Numbered from the stretch's first letter, positions 24,944 to 42,510 are shown. The stretch is 64,000 nt of DNA from Eledone cirrhosa (GCA_964016885.1 OZ024751.1:14012001-14076000), one strand, 5' to 3'. Translations and numbers: made by a program. Notes: generated by a model not told the origin, from the sequence alone.

Positions 24944-24980
<37 letters not shown>
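24030..24980. repeat. Composite array: fixed AACCTGAC(C/T)ACAA motif separated by variable (AT)n
   Basis: About 28 motif copies counted by eye. Confidence 0.95.
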
Positions 24981-24982
<2 letters not shown>

Positions 24983-24984
<2 letters not shown>

Positions 24985-25353
24985 TCTTCTAAATGTTTTT
25001 AATTAAACACACGGTATATTGCCAAATATACTATACATACATTCATGTATACATCGCTATTTCAGAGCACCAATCCTAATACCTAATTTTTGCTGGACCG
25101 GCAATCGCTCTGTATAATCAGCTCCTGATTATTACTGGAATTCTATAAGAATCCAGCTTCCTTTATTTTCGGCGGAAGCAGGGAGTGTGTGGCTCTGATA
25201 ATCGCCAAACAGCGTGATGGCTGTTAGCTTCTCTCCTTCATTCGCCGAAAAGAAGTGACAGAGTCACTACTTTAAAACCGATAGCGTATGGTCTTCTGAA
25301 TGTGTTTAATTAAACATACGGTATATTTCCAAATATACTATACATACATTCAT
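24983..25353 (+). repeat. ~65-bp direct repeat pair (24983-25046 and 25290-25353)
   Basis: GGTCTTCT(A/G)AATGT..TTAATTAAACA..CGGTATATT..CCAAATATACTATACATACATTCAT occurs twice. Confidence 0.85.
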
Positions 25354-25374
25354 ATTATAAATAAGTCTAACTCT

Positions 25375-25608
25375 AACGTCTGTCTTGAGCCAGAAGGCTC
25401 ATTTGGCCGGTGCTTATCCCGGTTTCACGGCATGAAGCGACTGAGAGTACAAGGCTACCCCTGACAGGACTCATTTTCAACTGAATATACTGGAGCAACG
25501 TGAAATGAAGTGTTTTGCTAAAGAACACAACACGCAACCCAGGAATCGAAGCCACGACGTTATGATCGTTAATCCAACACCCTTACCACTAGGCCACGTG
25601 CCTCCACA
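25375..25608 (-). mobile_element. tRNA-derived CORE-type SINE
   Basis: A-box TGGCCTAGTGG, B-box GCTTCGATTCC, CORE-like GTGTTGTGTTCTTTAGCAAAACACTTCATTTC; second copy at 36748. Confidence 0.85.
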
Positions 25609-25636
25609 CACACACACACGCACACACAAACACATA

Positions 25637-26208
25637 CAGTAATCCCCCGTTTATCGCGGGGGATACGTTCCAGAACCAACCGCGATAAATGAAAATCCAC
25701 GTGATAGAGAGACCGTTGTTTTCATAGTTAAAGTCTTAAAATACCTTTCCTACACTCTTTAACTACATATAAACTCATTAAAACACATCTTTGCATTTAA
25801 ACACCAAAAACAGCCAGTGATGATCGTACCACTAGTTACCAATAACGACTATTACCAGCCACGGTAGCCACTTGGTAACACACTGCACATCTCCTGCCAA
25901 TCTATGAAGGGTTTGTAGTGGATTAGAGAAAAACACAATTAGTAAAATAGTAATGGAATGTAAAATAAAAACATTTTTTCATAGTTAAAGCCTTAAGATG
26001 CCCCTTCCTTACGATAGACACTTCAATCACATCGAAACTTATTGAATAAGTTTAAATTTTAAACACTTTTTATTCACACGTATTTACCGCGATAAGAAAA
26101 TAGATATGTTCTAACGAAAAATCCGCGATGTAGCAAGGATTACCGCGATAGGAAATTAGATGTAGCGGGACCGCGAAAAGTGAACCGCGATGTAGCAGAG
26201 GATTACTG
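25637..26208. mobile_element. pogo/Tigger-like (Tc1/mariner) MITE
   Basis: TA-CAGTAATCCCCCG...CAGAGGATTACTG termini; subterminal CCGCGA repeats. Confidence 0.75.
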
Positions 26209-26644
26209 GATACACACACAAACTCACGAAAGTCACTGTTGTTATTTCAGTGATCTCCGGCCATGCCACCTTCACTCAATGTGCAGAGTACACACATAAT
26301 AGTTATATAGTGAGTACAGTGAAAGTGTTTGGTAAAGATACGTCATGTATCTAACTTCTGGACGGGTTTCATTTCTATGCAATACTCTGCCTATCAACAG
26401 TCATTAAAATTGCAGTGTGCAGAAATTGCGTAGTATCACCAGATATTACGCAATCGAACTATTACATTTCTTCAGCAGGAAATATCCAAATTCGACAAAT
26501 AGGTCTTAATGAGTGCATAATTGCGCATACCGCTATGTTTGTAAATCTAGCAGTGACCCGTGACCTGTATGAGAAAAAACACGTTATGGTGGGTGAATTC
26601 AAAATGTGGAATTCCTGCCAATATAGAACTCAACCAATAACGTG

Positions 26645-27732
<1,088 letters not shown>

Positions 27733-27843
27733 TATAAGACAGTATGTTAGAACTTCCCCACATTCTATTTCTTACTTAACCACAATAATTAACCTTGATA
27801 ATTGTTTCTACGTTAGGCACAAGGCCCACACACTCATACACAC

Positions 27844-27879
<36 letters not shown>

Positions 27880-27909
27880 CACGTTTAACATACACTTACA
27901 CTCACACAT

Positions 27910-28090
27910 AATATCTGTGTCTACTTTAGGCACAAGGCCAGCAATTACCAGTTCATTACTGGTACTTTATTTTATCGACCCCGTAAGGATGAAAGGCAAA
28001 GTCAACCTCGGCGGGATTTGAACTCAGACTGTAAAGGGACGTAACTATGCTAGAAAGCATGGCGTCCGACTCTCTACCGATACTGCCAAT
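27910..28090 (-). mobile_element. Tail-A SINE
   Basis: Near-consensus reverse complement; a separate tail fragment lies at ~27798-27827. Confidence 0.92.
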
Positions 28091-28289
28091 GTCGCATCCA
28101 TTCCTCTTCAGATAGATTTTATGTAATAAAGCCTCGAAATTCCCGTAATTTGGATCAAATACATCAGAAATATATCTACAACATCCACCCAACAGTCAAG
28201 TCAGACCTATTCTCTTAAGCTTCTTTAACACTTCCAGATAGCTGTGGTTTAAAAAAAAAAAAAAAAAAAATCAACGGAGTCAACCTAGA

Positions 28290-28795
28290 AAAATGGGGTC
28301 CCACGTGCTGGCCGCCCCACAGTCCCGGCTGACAGAATGGAGAAGGTGTTTCCCCGAAGGATGGTAAGGGAGATGCGCTGGAAGAGCCATCCATCTCGCG
28401 AGGCTCACACCTGCGGCTGGCCAGCTCAGCGCCTATGGTGATGAGTAGAGAGGTAACCCTAGAGCCAGCGCCTATGGTGATGAGTAGAGAGGTAGCCCTA
28501 GGGCCAGCGCCTATGGTGATGAGTAGAGAGGTAGCCCTAGGGCCAGCGCCTATGGTGATGAGTAGAGAGGTAGCCCTAGGGCCAGCGCCTATGGTGATGA
28601 GTAGAGAGGTAGCCCTTAGGGCCAGCGCCTATGGTGATGAGTAGAGAGGTAGCCGTAGGGCCAGCGCCTATGGTGATGAGTAGAGAGGTAGCCCTAGGGC
28701 CAGCGCCTATGGTGATGAGTAGAGAGGTAGCCCTAGGGCCAAAGACACCAGAAGTCTCCACTGCCAAGGGTACGACCGCAAACCTGTCGGAGAGC
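28290..28795 (-). mobile_element. 3' fragment of a CRE-like (restriction-like endonuclease) non-LTR element with internal 39-bp expansion
   Basis: FAVVPLAVETSGVFGPRATSLLITIG..AELASRRCEPRE..LFQRISL fits the CRE-clade RLE C-terminus pattern; unexpanded homolog at 50105-50310. Confidence 0.7.
28428..28741. repeat. Minisatellite, 39-bp unit GCCAGCGCCTATGGTGATGAGTAGAGAGGTAGCCCTAGG
   Basis: About 8 near-identical copies. Confidence 0.95.
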
Positions 28796-28799
28796 GACC

Positions 28800-28870
28800 G
28801 AAACTCACACGGAGACAAATATAAATCCGCCAGAAGCGAGCTACAGCTTCCGCCCATTCGTATTCCCTAT
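28800..28870 (-). pseudogene. Penelope-like RT fragment
   Basis: GIRMGGSCSSLLADLYL..CEF resembles the PLE RT motif GIPMG..SPLLADLYL..E. Confidence 0.5.
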
Positions 28871-28884
28871 ATAATTTGTAACAT

Positions 28885-29368
28885 TGGTGTATCGGTACAA
28901 TATCGGTAGAGCGTCGGACAACATGCTTTATGCCATAGAGTTACGCCCCTTTTACGATCTGAGTTCAAATCTCACCAAGGTTAGCTTTGCCTTTCATCTT
29001 TACGGAGTCGATAAAATAAAGTACCAATAATGCACTGGTGTCGATTTAATCGACTCCCCCCCCCCCCCCCCAAAAAAAAAATTGTTGGCCTTGTGCCTAA
29101 ATAAGAAACCAATATTATACGGCAGTATCGGTAGAGGGTCGGACACCATGCTTTCAAGCATAGTTACGTCCCTTTACGATCTGAGTTCAAATCCCGCCGA
29201 GGTTGACTTTGCCTTCAATCCTTACGGGGTCGATAAAATAAAGTACCAGTAATGCACTGGGTATTTGCTGGCCTTGTGCCTAAAGTAGAAACAAATATTA
29301 TTATTCAAGTACCAGTAATGCACTGGCTGTTTGCTGGCCTTGTGCCTAAAGTAGAAACAAATATTATA
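28885..29368 (+). mobile_element. Tandem tail-A SINEs (two copies plus a duplicated tail)
   Basis: Copies at ~28885-29115 and ~29121-29305; tail repeat at 29307-29368. Confidence 0.9.
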
Positions 29369-29894
29369 TCAACAATACATTTTTCCGAACACACGTGTTT
29401 CACCGAGTGAGTGTGTTCGACCCTCTCAGCTTAGTTAATTATAAAAATTTTTTTTTTTTTTTTCTAATCTAGGCTGCGGTCAACGATTGGGGAGGATATT
29501 TGTTTCATATATATGTACATTAGATAAGATTTTTCCGAAGAAAACACAAAACCGAGACAATAAAAGTGTCACGATTTCGAACTACGTAGAACTTAAAAAT
29601 GATTTATTCTTGTATAAAATCAATTAGTTTGAAGTTCTCTCTCTCTCTCTCTATCTATCTCTCTATCTATCTCTCTATTTCTCCCTCTATCTATCTGTCT
29701 ATCTATCTCCCCCCCTCTCTCTCTCTCTCACACACACACACATGCTCCCATTCTCTCACAATTTTTAACTCCCCCAACCTCTGTCTCTCGCCGCCATACA
29801 TGTATAAATGATAAAAAGAAACCAATTTCCCCCCTTCCCTTCCCCCACCCCATGTATTTACACTGCTTTATCCTTCTTCTTCTACTATTCCCCC

Positions 29895-30530
29895 CCCCCA
29901 CATTCTTATCTTTGTTCGTGTCCTTCTCCCCTCCACCACCATACCCATCGACGCCTCACCCCCCCACCACTTTTCAGTCACTCACCGCCTTGACCTCTCC
30001 CAGTTTCTCATCTCATCACCAACACCCTCTCCCTCGACCATCCTCTCTACACCACCACCACCCTCTCCCCCACCATCTTCTCACAACCATATACCGCTCC
30101 CCACTGTACCCACACCACCACGCTCTCACAACCATCTACCTCTTCCCCACTACTACTCCTACATCACCACCCTCTCACCAGCATCTACCTCACCCCGCTG
30201 CTTCCACACCACCCTCTCACAACCATTTACCTCACCCCACTATCCACCACAACCTCCCTCTCACAACCATCTACCTCACCCCACTGTCCCCACACCACCA
30301 CCACCCTCTCACAACCATCTACCTCTTCCCCACTACTACCCCCACACCACCACCCTCTCACAACCATATACCTCATCCCACTACTCCCACACCACCACCC
30401 ACTCACAACCATCTACCACCCTCCCACTGTCCCACCACCACCCTCTAACAACCATCTACCTCACCCCACTACCCACCACCACCACCCTCTAACAACCATC
30501 TACCTCACACCCTACCACCACTCATTCACA
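29895..30530. repeat. C-rich degenerate tandem repeat (CTCTCACAACCATCTACCTCACCCC..)
   Basis: Recurring ACAACCATCTACCTC core. Confidence 0.85.
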
Positions 30531-30750
30531 GCAAACTACTCCCATTTGTCCAAACACGGTCCAACAACAACAACAATACTGTAATCACTGCTTTCAACAA
30601 CCAATGCCATCTGTTGCCTTTCATATTGTTCTTGTATTGATCTGTGGATCGATAAAGGCAGCCACGTCGGTAACCAACTTCCTAACTTCCTAATATATTA
30701 TACATACGTAAATATGTGTGTATGTTTATGCATGCATGTATACATACATA

Positions 30751-31149
30751 CATGGTGGCTGCCAACTCGTTTTCGAGTACGGCCACTACTTTATATCCAT
30801 GTAGAACACCACCTACCGGTGCGCTGAACGAGTGTGACTTTTTAGTCCAGCCATCGACTTCAAAACTCTGGTACAAACACTACACTTGTGACAATTATTG
30901 ACACATAGTGCTGGGCCCATGGTACCATGTGACGACAAGTGCAGAGAGATCTCCAGATATAAAGCAATGCCTGGGCCGTGAAGCTTTTATAGTGAGCAAA
31001 GGCACTGCACAAAGCCAGTCCCACTCTCTTAACCAAGATGATATTTACCAAAAAGAAGAACAAGTCAACATCATTGGATACCATCAGGGTTGCAGGTGTT
31101 ATATCAGAGTTTTCCTTCTCCTAGAATTCTGCCTTGACAAAGGCTAAGG
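30751..31149 (-). mobile_element. RTE-derived short non-autonomous retroelement, (ATGT)n tail
   Basis: Minus strand encodes CSVCTRVLKSMAGLKSHTRSAHR* (RTE-type terminal C2H2); near-identical copy at 57241-57639. Confidence 0.7.
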
Positions 31150-31170
31150 AGTCATCTCTCCCGGTGATTT

Positions 31171-31360
31171 TGGATGGCCATTGACTCATAAGGGCTCCTT
31201 TGCCCTTTGACAGGTTTTGTTTTTAGTCCTGCAGGATGTCCAAAGTCACCCTCCTCACCAAGAAACCTTGGTGGGGGTGGGGTTGCCAGTTTAGTCGGCA
31301 ACGACCCGACCATGAGACAGGTTGTACTGGGATACATGTTACCAGTAGTACCAACTGGTG
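31171..31360. repeat. Unclassified ~185-bp interspersed repeat (also 46266-46436 inverted and 56233-56410)
   Basis: GGATGGCCATTGACTC...ACAGGTTGTACTGGG(A/T)TACATGTTACCAGTAG in three copies. Confidence 0.8.
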
Positions 31361-31402
31361 ACATACATACATACATACATACATACATACATACATACAT
31401 AC

Positions 31403-33113
31403 AGGACCTGGTTACAACGTTCTCAAAGGATATAGGAATGGAGTTTGGCCAAGATAAATGCTCATACATGACTGTAAAGCGGGGAAAAACAACAACCCAA
31501 TCTAGCAACAGTGTCATCAATGGCCTAATTGTTTCACCGATATCTGATGAGGACTGCTACAGATACCTGGTATCTGTAATAAAGAACGCGTAACCAGGGA
31601 ATACTACACCCGATTAAGAAAGATCTGGTCATCGGAACTCTCTGCGCAAAACAAAACAGTGGCTCACAATGTGTTTGCTGTGCCTGTCCTAACACCAACG
31701 TTTGGAATACTCAATTGGACGATAGACGAAATCCGAGCAGTTGATGTTGGAACTCGAAAAATACTGAACAACACCGGAAGCTTCCACATCAACCTTGACA
31801 TAGACCGCCTTTACTTGAAACGTAAGCAGGGAGGCAGAGGCCTAACATCAGTCCAGACAACATTTGAATGTCGCGTCATATCTCTCCGACAATATCTACG
31901 AACCTCGAAGCGTAGGAGCCCGTTTCTCGAGCAAATCTATCTGCATGAAACAGATAAGATCATGAGAGTTGGGAAGGAACTCCTTGATAAATATTCCCTG
32001 TGTGATAATCAAAAACTCACACCCAGGGATGTCGCTCAGCAGTATCGCAGTAAATCCATGAATGAAAAACTGCATGCCTATCAGCAAAAAATCATGCATG
32101 GATATGTTGCCAGGAAGCTCCAGAGTGAGAGTAATATAGATAGGGAAAGTAGTCTATCTTGGACCAACAACCGCTATATTGGCTCCCACTTTGAAGGATA
32201 CGCTTTTGCAATCCAGGAACAGGATATTAGCACGAAATACCTGATTCACAAAAGAGATAGGGATGCAGGCAAAACACCTAGATATGATAACAAGTGCAGA
32301 CTCTGCAGAACTAACATCGAGGATATCACCCATGTCATCAGCAGCTGTCCAAAGATGTCATCGCGGTACTATCTACCTATGAGGCATGATGTAGTGGCCA
32401 AAACACTGTACAATGCAGTTCGTAAAAAAGATAGCCTCGATAATAAACACATTAAAAGCTACAACAATGTGGAAGACATCCATGTACATAATATGAAAGA
32501 GTACTGGTGGAATGTTCCAGTAAAAACCCCAATAAAATGCAGGCATAACAGACCAGATATTATATGGGACAGGGAGAAGAAAACATGCACAGTAGTGGAA
32601 ATTAGCTGCCCAGCAGATGCCAATATAATATCAAAGATTAGTGAAAAGGAGAATATTTATGCAGAACTGATGAGAAATCTGCAGATACTCCACCCTGATT
32701 ACACCTTCAGATTTATGCCTGTGATTATTGGGGCACTGGGATATGTTAGTAACTGCCTCAATACAAATCTTGAGAAACTAGGCTTCACAGGAACAGAAAG
32801 AACATAACTAGTTAGAAAATTACAAGTACAATCCATTAATGGAACAGTAAAAATATGTAAAACATTCCAAAAATGCTGCATCTAATACCTGCATATACAC
32901 ATGTACAGATACAAAGCATATACACATGCACGCATACAACTCAAAACATACACATCCACACATACAATAACATCCATATCTACACATGCATGCATACATA
33001 CATATCTACTTAGTTGATGTTGTGTAAATTCCAATGAGAGAGTCTTGTGTCTATGTTAGAAACCGACTCTCTCTCTATTGGTAAAACTTTGTGAAATTAT
33101 AAAACCAGAAGAA
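31403..33113 (+). mobile_element. 5'-truncated R4/Dong-clade non-LTR retrotransposon (RT C-terminus, CCHC, RLE)
   Basis: RLYLKRKQGGRGL, FAIQEQ, CRLCRTNIEDITHVISSC, RHD, RPDI..D, VEISCP, KISEKENIY, PVIIGALG; (ACAT)n on both sides; 3' UTR hairpin ~33031-33080. Confidence 0.9.
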
Positions 33114-33195
33114 CATACATGCATGCACACATACATATACACGCATACATACATACATACATGCATACATACACATACATACATGCATAAAAATA

Positions 33196-33625
33196 CAGGA
33201 GAAGGAGGACATCTACGGACCATTGATGAGGAGTTTACAAATCCAGTATCCAAGATACACCTTTAGCTTCATACCCATCATTATTGGAGCTACGGGTTGA
33301 CTTTGCCTTTCATCCTTACGGGGTCGATAAAATAAAGTACCAGTAATGCACTGGGTAATTGCTGGCCTTGTGCCTAAAGTAGAAACAATTATTGGAGCTA
33401 CGGGTTATATACCAACCCGTTTGGACCAAAGTATGACTGAATTTGGATTTGCGGACAAAGAGCGCAGCTCCCTAATTCATAGTCTACAAATGGCTGCGAT
33501 AGCTGGCACCTTCAAAATTTGCAAAACATTCTTGCGATTCAAGGGATGACAATTTCTTTTCTTTTACAACCTTGCTACCAGGAAGGTGGCCGGTCAAAAA
33601 AATATACTCGAAATTAAGAGAAAGA
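33196..33625 (+). mobile_element. 3' end of a second, diverged R4/Dong family interrupted by a SINE fragment (33299-33387)
   Basis: YPRYTFSFIPIIIGATGYIP..LQMAAIAGTFKICKTFL; 19-bp TSD ATTATTGGAGCTACGGGTT around the SINE piece. Confidence 0.8.
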
Positions 33626-34026
33626 GATAACATACATACACACATACATATACACGCATACACACATATATATATACATACATACATGCATGCATACATA
33701 CACGCATACATATATGCATGCACACATATACACGCATTCATATACACGCATACATATACGCTTACATGCATATATACATACATACACGCATACATACATA
33801 CACGCATACATACATATATACATACACGGATACATATATATATATATATACATACATACACATACATACATATATATACATACACGCATACATATATATA
33901 TATATACATACATATATATAAATATACATACATACACGCATACATATATACATACATACATAATTGTACTATTTGTCCTTTTTAATCTTGAACAATATAC
34001 ATATATATACATACACACACACACAC

Positions 34027-34071
<45 letters not shown>

Positions 34072-34395
34072 TAAATCTACCAAAAGTTTACAGTAGTGTC
34101 CAATCCGTGTGAAGAACTCAATGTAATCCGGATATCATGAAAAGAGAAGATCCATTCAAAAACTATTTTCGGTGAAAAATAAACGGAAAACAGAGTCAAG
34201 ATAAATTAATAAAATAATGAATAAACAAAGAAACAGTTCCTTATATTAAAAAAATTCATCATTTTACGATCGTTTCTAGGATATATATGTGTTAGATTTG
34301 GTATGCATATTCTATAGATCTATGTACAATATTTATACAAACTATCAGAGGGAATATACATACCTACACATATATATGCTGTCTTCAGAAATAAT

Positions 34396-34577
34396 TGTTT
34401 CTACTTTAGGCACAAGGCCAGCAATTACCCAGTGCATTACTGGTACTTTATTTTATCGACCCCGTAAGGATGAAAGGCAAAGTCAACCTCGGCGGGATTT
34501 GAACTCAGATCGTAAAGGGACGTAACTATGCTAGAAAGCATGGCGTCCGACCCTCTACCGATACTGCCAATCCACCG
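34396..34577 (-). mobile_element. Full-length young tail-A SINE with 19-bp TSD
   Basis: TSD TGCTGTCTTCAGAAATAAT at 34377-34395 and 34580-34598. Confidence 0.95.
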
Positions 34578-34624
34578 GTTGCTGTCTTCAGAAATAATGA
34601 TATTTGTTTATTGAAAAAAACAAA

Positions 34625-35151
34625 TCTATATATATAAAACTGTGGTTGTCTGTCTGTCTATCGATTTTTGGCACACATCTCCTCTTAGAATCTCTGACGG
34701 AATTGCACCGAAATTGCTATACTTGTACATTGAGCCCTAGCGAAGACATCGGAAAAAAAATATTTCAAATTGACCCACCCTATGTGACGAAATCGAATCT
34801 AATGTATCGATTTTTGAGCGTAAGTGACGAGTTATTTCCCTTTGTTCTGTTTACATTGAGCGTCTTACGTTGTTTTTCTCTGCGTTGCAGTGTTTACATT
34901 TTCGATCTTTGTTAATAAATAACCAGTGCAGTTTTTATCCCCAGCATCCTCTTTTGTTATAACATTCGGGTTATCGTTATGTTTTCTTAACTTCATAAGG
35001 CATATTGTTGGTTGAGGGAATATTAATCAAAAACACCACATGCAAGTCTGCACAGTAGACACTACAGTTTTTAAGCCAAAAAAGAAACTTAACATTGTAA
35101 CTTTAACACAGCTACTGAGCGACCCCGAGCAACGCCGGGCTTTACTGCTAG
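34625..35151 (+). mobile_element. Non-autonomous Helitron (H1-type 3' end)
   Basis: A^TCTATATATATAAA start, (GTCT)n, hairpin CCCGAGCAACGCCGGG, CTAG^T end. Confidence 0.85.
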
Positions 35152-35215
35152 TATTCAATACAATAGGTCTGTTTGGGAACAGGTTTTGAATTGACCAATA
35201 GAGAGATAGTGAGGG

Positions 35216-35275
<60 letters not shown>

Positions 35276-35649
35276 ATATATGTGCGTGTGTGTATGTGTG
35301 TATGCGTGCGTTGTTATATTACGTGTACAAGTACTCAATACGTCAAACGGTAAATATTTATTAAAATATTACAGATAGATATTGAATAAACAAGAAAGAA
35401 TGAAAAAAAGAAAGAATTAATTACAAATAAATTGATCGAACAACAAAAAGAACAACAGATTGTCGTATCGAACCAGGCTATTTTGGTGTAACTTTACAAA
35501 ACTACTTAAAACCCATCTGCGAATCAATTGTAATAACATCTAGGGGCGGGGGAGGCTGGGTGTTTTGACTTGCTAGAAGTTGAGGTCTTTGGACCTCAAC
35601 TTCGAGTGGGGGGTTGGAGGGTGGTGTGGGGTCGTAAGCGTATAATATA

Positions 35650-36297
35650 TGGTGAGTGTTGGGCATATCCCCTCTCCAGGTCTGAACACTGACCATTTCT
35701 TCCAGGCAGAAAGAGAGAGCGAGAGAGAGAGAGATAGGGAGTGAGAGAGAGAAAGAGAGGTGGGAGTGAGAGAGATAGGGAGGGGGAGTGAGAGAGATAG
35801 GGAGTGAGAGAGAGAGAAGGAGAGAGGGTGAGAGAGCGAGTGAGAGAGAGAAGGGGGGAGAGTAAGACAGAGCGAGAGCGAGTGAGAGAGCGAGTGAGAG
35901 AGAGCGAGATCGAGCGAGTGAGAGTGGGAGCGAGTGAGAGTGGGAGCGAGTGAGAGCGGGAGCGAGTGATAGTGGGAGAGAGTGAGAGTAGGCGAGTGAG
36001 AGTGAGCGAGTGAGAGTAGGAGAGGGTGAGAGCGTGAATGAGAGCGCGAGAGACAGTGAGAGAGAGTGGGAATAAGAGCCAAGGAGAGAGAGCGAGTGAG
36101 AAGAAGTGAGAAAATAAAAAGAGAGGAAGAATCTACCCCACTAAATGACTGGTACATACTTTATCTCTTTATCGACCTAGAAAGAATAAAAAAACAAGTT
36201 TAACCTCAGCGGTATTTGAACTTATAAAGTAGAGAGCAGAACCGAATGCCGCGAAACATTCTTATCAATATTCTAACGACTTTGCTAATCCGCCATC
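35650..36297 (-). mobile_element. Tail-B SINE with an expanded internal GA-rich tract
   Basis: Tail at 35660-35705, ~420-bp GA tract, head and core at 36125-36297. Confidence 0.7.
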
Positions 36298-36747
36298 TTC
36301 AAACCACATCTTGCTGTCTTAAGAAATAGCACACTGAATTATATAATCCGCGGTTAACTATTCCTTAAAAATACAAGACGGAATAGTCATGGAGTCTGTA
36401 AATAGCTTTGATCGTAGATCAACTTAATCAACGTCAACAGGGTATAAACAAGCCAATTGACTAATACAGATAAAATCACTGACGAATTGGCGAATGATCG
36501 ACGACTACATATCGACAGTCGTTCGAGCGTAGAACAAAAATGCTTTGCAGTATTTGTTCTGCTTGGCGTATTTTCGGCGCTTGGGGTTCAAATCTCACCG
36601 AGGCCAACTTTGTCTTTCATATTTTCGGGGGTCGAGAAACTAGTCTCGGGCAGTGGACGAGATGTCATTACGATATTTGTTCTGGGTCTTTGCAATAATT
36701 AGATTTAATTTGCCGCCGCCGAGATTAACACCACCATCTAGCCCTTT

Positions 36748-37022
36748 GTGGAGGTGCGTAGCCTAGTGGTAAGGGTTGTTGGACTTACGATCATAATGTC
36801 GTGGGCTCGATTCCTGGGCTGCGTGTTGTGTTCTTGAGCAAGACACTTCATTTCACTTTGCTCCAGTATACACAGCTGAAAATGAGTACCAGCAATAGCT
36901 GAGAGTTTAAACCTGCGATGGACTGGCGTCTTGTCCAGGGTCGAGTCTTGTAATTTCCATTGCTTCAGGCCACGAAATCGGGATAAGCACCGGCCTACCG
37001 AGCCTTCTGGATTAAGACGACT
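36748..37022 (+). mobile_element. tRNA-derived CORE-type SINE
   Basis: TAGCCTAGTGG A-box, GCTCGATTCC B-box, GTGTTCTTGAGCAAGACACTTCATTTC core. Confidence 0.88.
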
Positions 37023-37671
37023 TTAGACCTGGCCCGTTGGGTGGCTTCAGTAGGGTCAAATTTATTGCAAGCTTTAGGACTAGGTCTCCGGTCTGAGGAT
37101 ATTTTCCTTCCCACTCTTCTACCTTTCTCAGATACCCCGAAAAGGGTCGTGAGTACCGTCTTTATCAGCCAATTTCAGTTTATTTCTCAAACTTTGATTC
37201 CCTGACGATGCCGAATCTCTTTCAGTTGAAACTTCAGACCCCTTGTAATAGATAAGTCACAGTTCATATATTTCAAGAAGTGCACTATATTTCTATAACG
37301 AAATTTGTGTATGTGTAGGTGTGTGTGATAGGTGTGTGTGTGTGTGTGTGTGTGTACGTATATGAATGCATGTGTATGTGTGTACACGTGTGAGTGTATG
37401 ATTATATATTTCGCATGACAATTATTGGATTAAATTTTTTTCACTTTTTCATGTCCCTCTCACAAACTCTCTCTCTCTTCCCCTCCTTCTCTGTATATGC
37501 ATACATATGTCAGTGTATATATATATATATATATGTATATGTGTGTGCGTGTGTGTGTGCGTACATGCGTGTGCAAAAATGTAAGTATGCACACGTATAC
37601 ACAAACGAATGGAACATTAAAATTAATGTTCGATATAACCCATATATATATATATATATATATGTGTGTAC

Positions 37672-37702
<31 letters not shown>

Positions 37703-37711
37703 AGTGTGTGT

Positions 37712-37748
<37 letters not shown>

Positions 37749-37814
37749 TGTGCATACTTAGATTTAGGTATCAGCTGTGCTAAGGTGAGAAATAAAAATC
37801 TAATTTTATTTATT

Positions 37815-41497
<3,683 letters not shown>

Positions 41498-41685
41498 AAT
41501 AAGTTAAATAAAAGTCAAATGATTAAAATTTAGCTTCGTTTATTACTGCTATATATATTTCAGTGACAGATATGACTCAGTTCTCCAGTGAATTAACAAC
41601 CCAACAAGGAACTGGGCATATCAGCGTATTGACAATATCATACACCTGAACAACATATGTACTTGTCTATACCATACTAATTCAA

Positions 41686-41740
41686 ACTGCCTGAAGAGGT
41701 CACAGCCAAAGATGGCTGTCACTGAAATATATATAGCAGT
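41686..41740 (+). ncRNA. Minimal type I hammerhead ribozyme motif (Penelope pLTR type)
   Basis: Stem I ACTGC/GCAGT, CTGAAGA, stem II GGTCACAGCCA-AAGA-TGGCTGTCACT, GAAA, palindromic stem III TATATA, AUA cleavage triplet. Confidence 0.8.
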
Positions 41741-41784
41741 AATAAACGAAGCTAAATTTTAATCCTTTGACTTTTATTTAACTT

Positions 41785-41878
<94 letters not shown>

Positions 41879-41914
41879 CTATATATATACATACAGGAAA
41901 ATATATACATACAG

Positions 41915-42083
41915 GAAAATACCACTGAGTGAACACATTGATACCTGCGCCGCCCAAAATCATCCCAACTTCAGAATCTTTCCCCTCTACAAATTTAAAG
42001 ATAATGCCACCCACACCCAGCGCATCAGCAAGGAATCTTACTTCATTAACAAATACGGACCCCGTCTAAACACTTCTCCCTAA
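41915..42083 (+). pseudogene. Penelope-like GIY-YIG endonuclease C-terminal fragment
   Basis: [43 protein letters not shown] fits the H..(R)..E..FI....P.LN ending of PLE endonucleases. Confidence 0.7.
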
Positions 42084-42510
42084 GACGAACCCAAACATAC
42101 ACACGTCAACATACATACCTACATCAGCACACATCTCTACCCACATATAAACACAATGACACACGTAAACACACATGCTCTATGGTGCAATACAAAAAAA
42201 TATATGTGCATGTGTGTGTATGTGTATATGTATATATATATATATGTATATATGTAGTGAAAATATATATATATATGTGTGTGTGTGTGTGTATATATAT
42301 ATATAGTGAATATCATTTCACACCTTTTATTGTTAAGATTGTTGATGTTCTATTAAGAGAACCGATTTTACTGAAAAAATCGAATAATGTACACCATTTT
42401 ACCAGGGGGGGAAAAAATACTGGTCCACCCACACACGCACACACACACGCACACACATGTATGCACAGACACATACACACGCGTACATCAACATACAAAG
42501 AGACTTATAC

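Noticed and set aside
24030-24980. CRISPR-like repeat-spacer look
   Set aside because: Repeat is only ~13 bp, spacers are (AT)n, no cas genes, eukaryotic context
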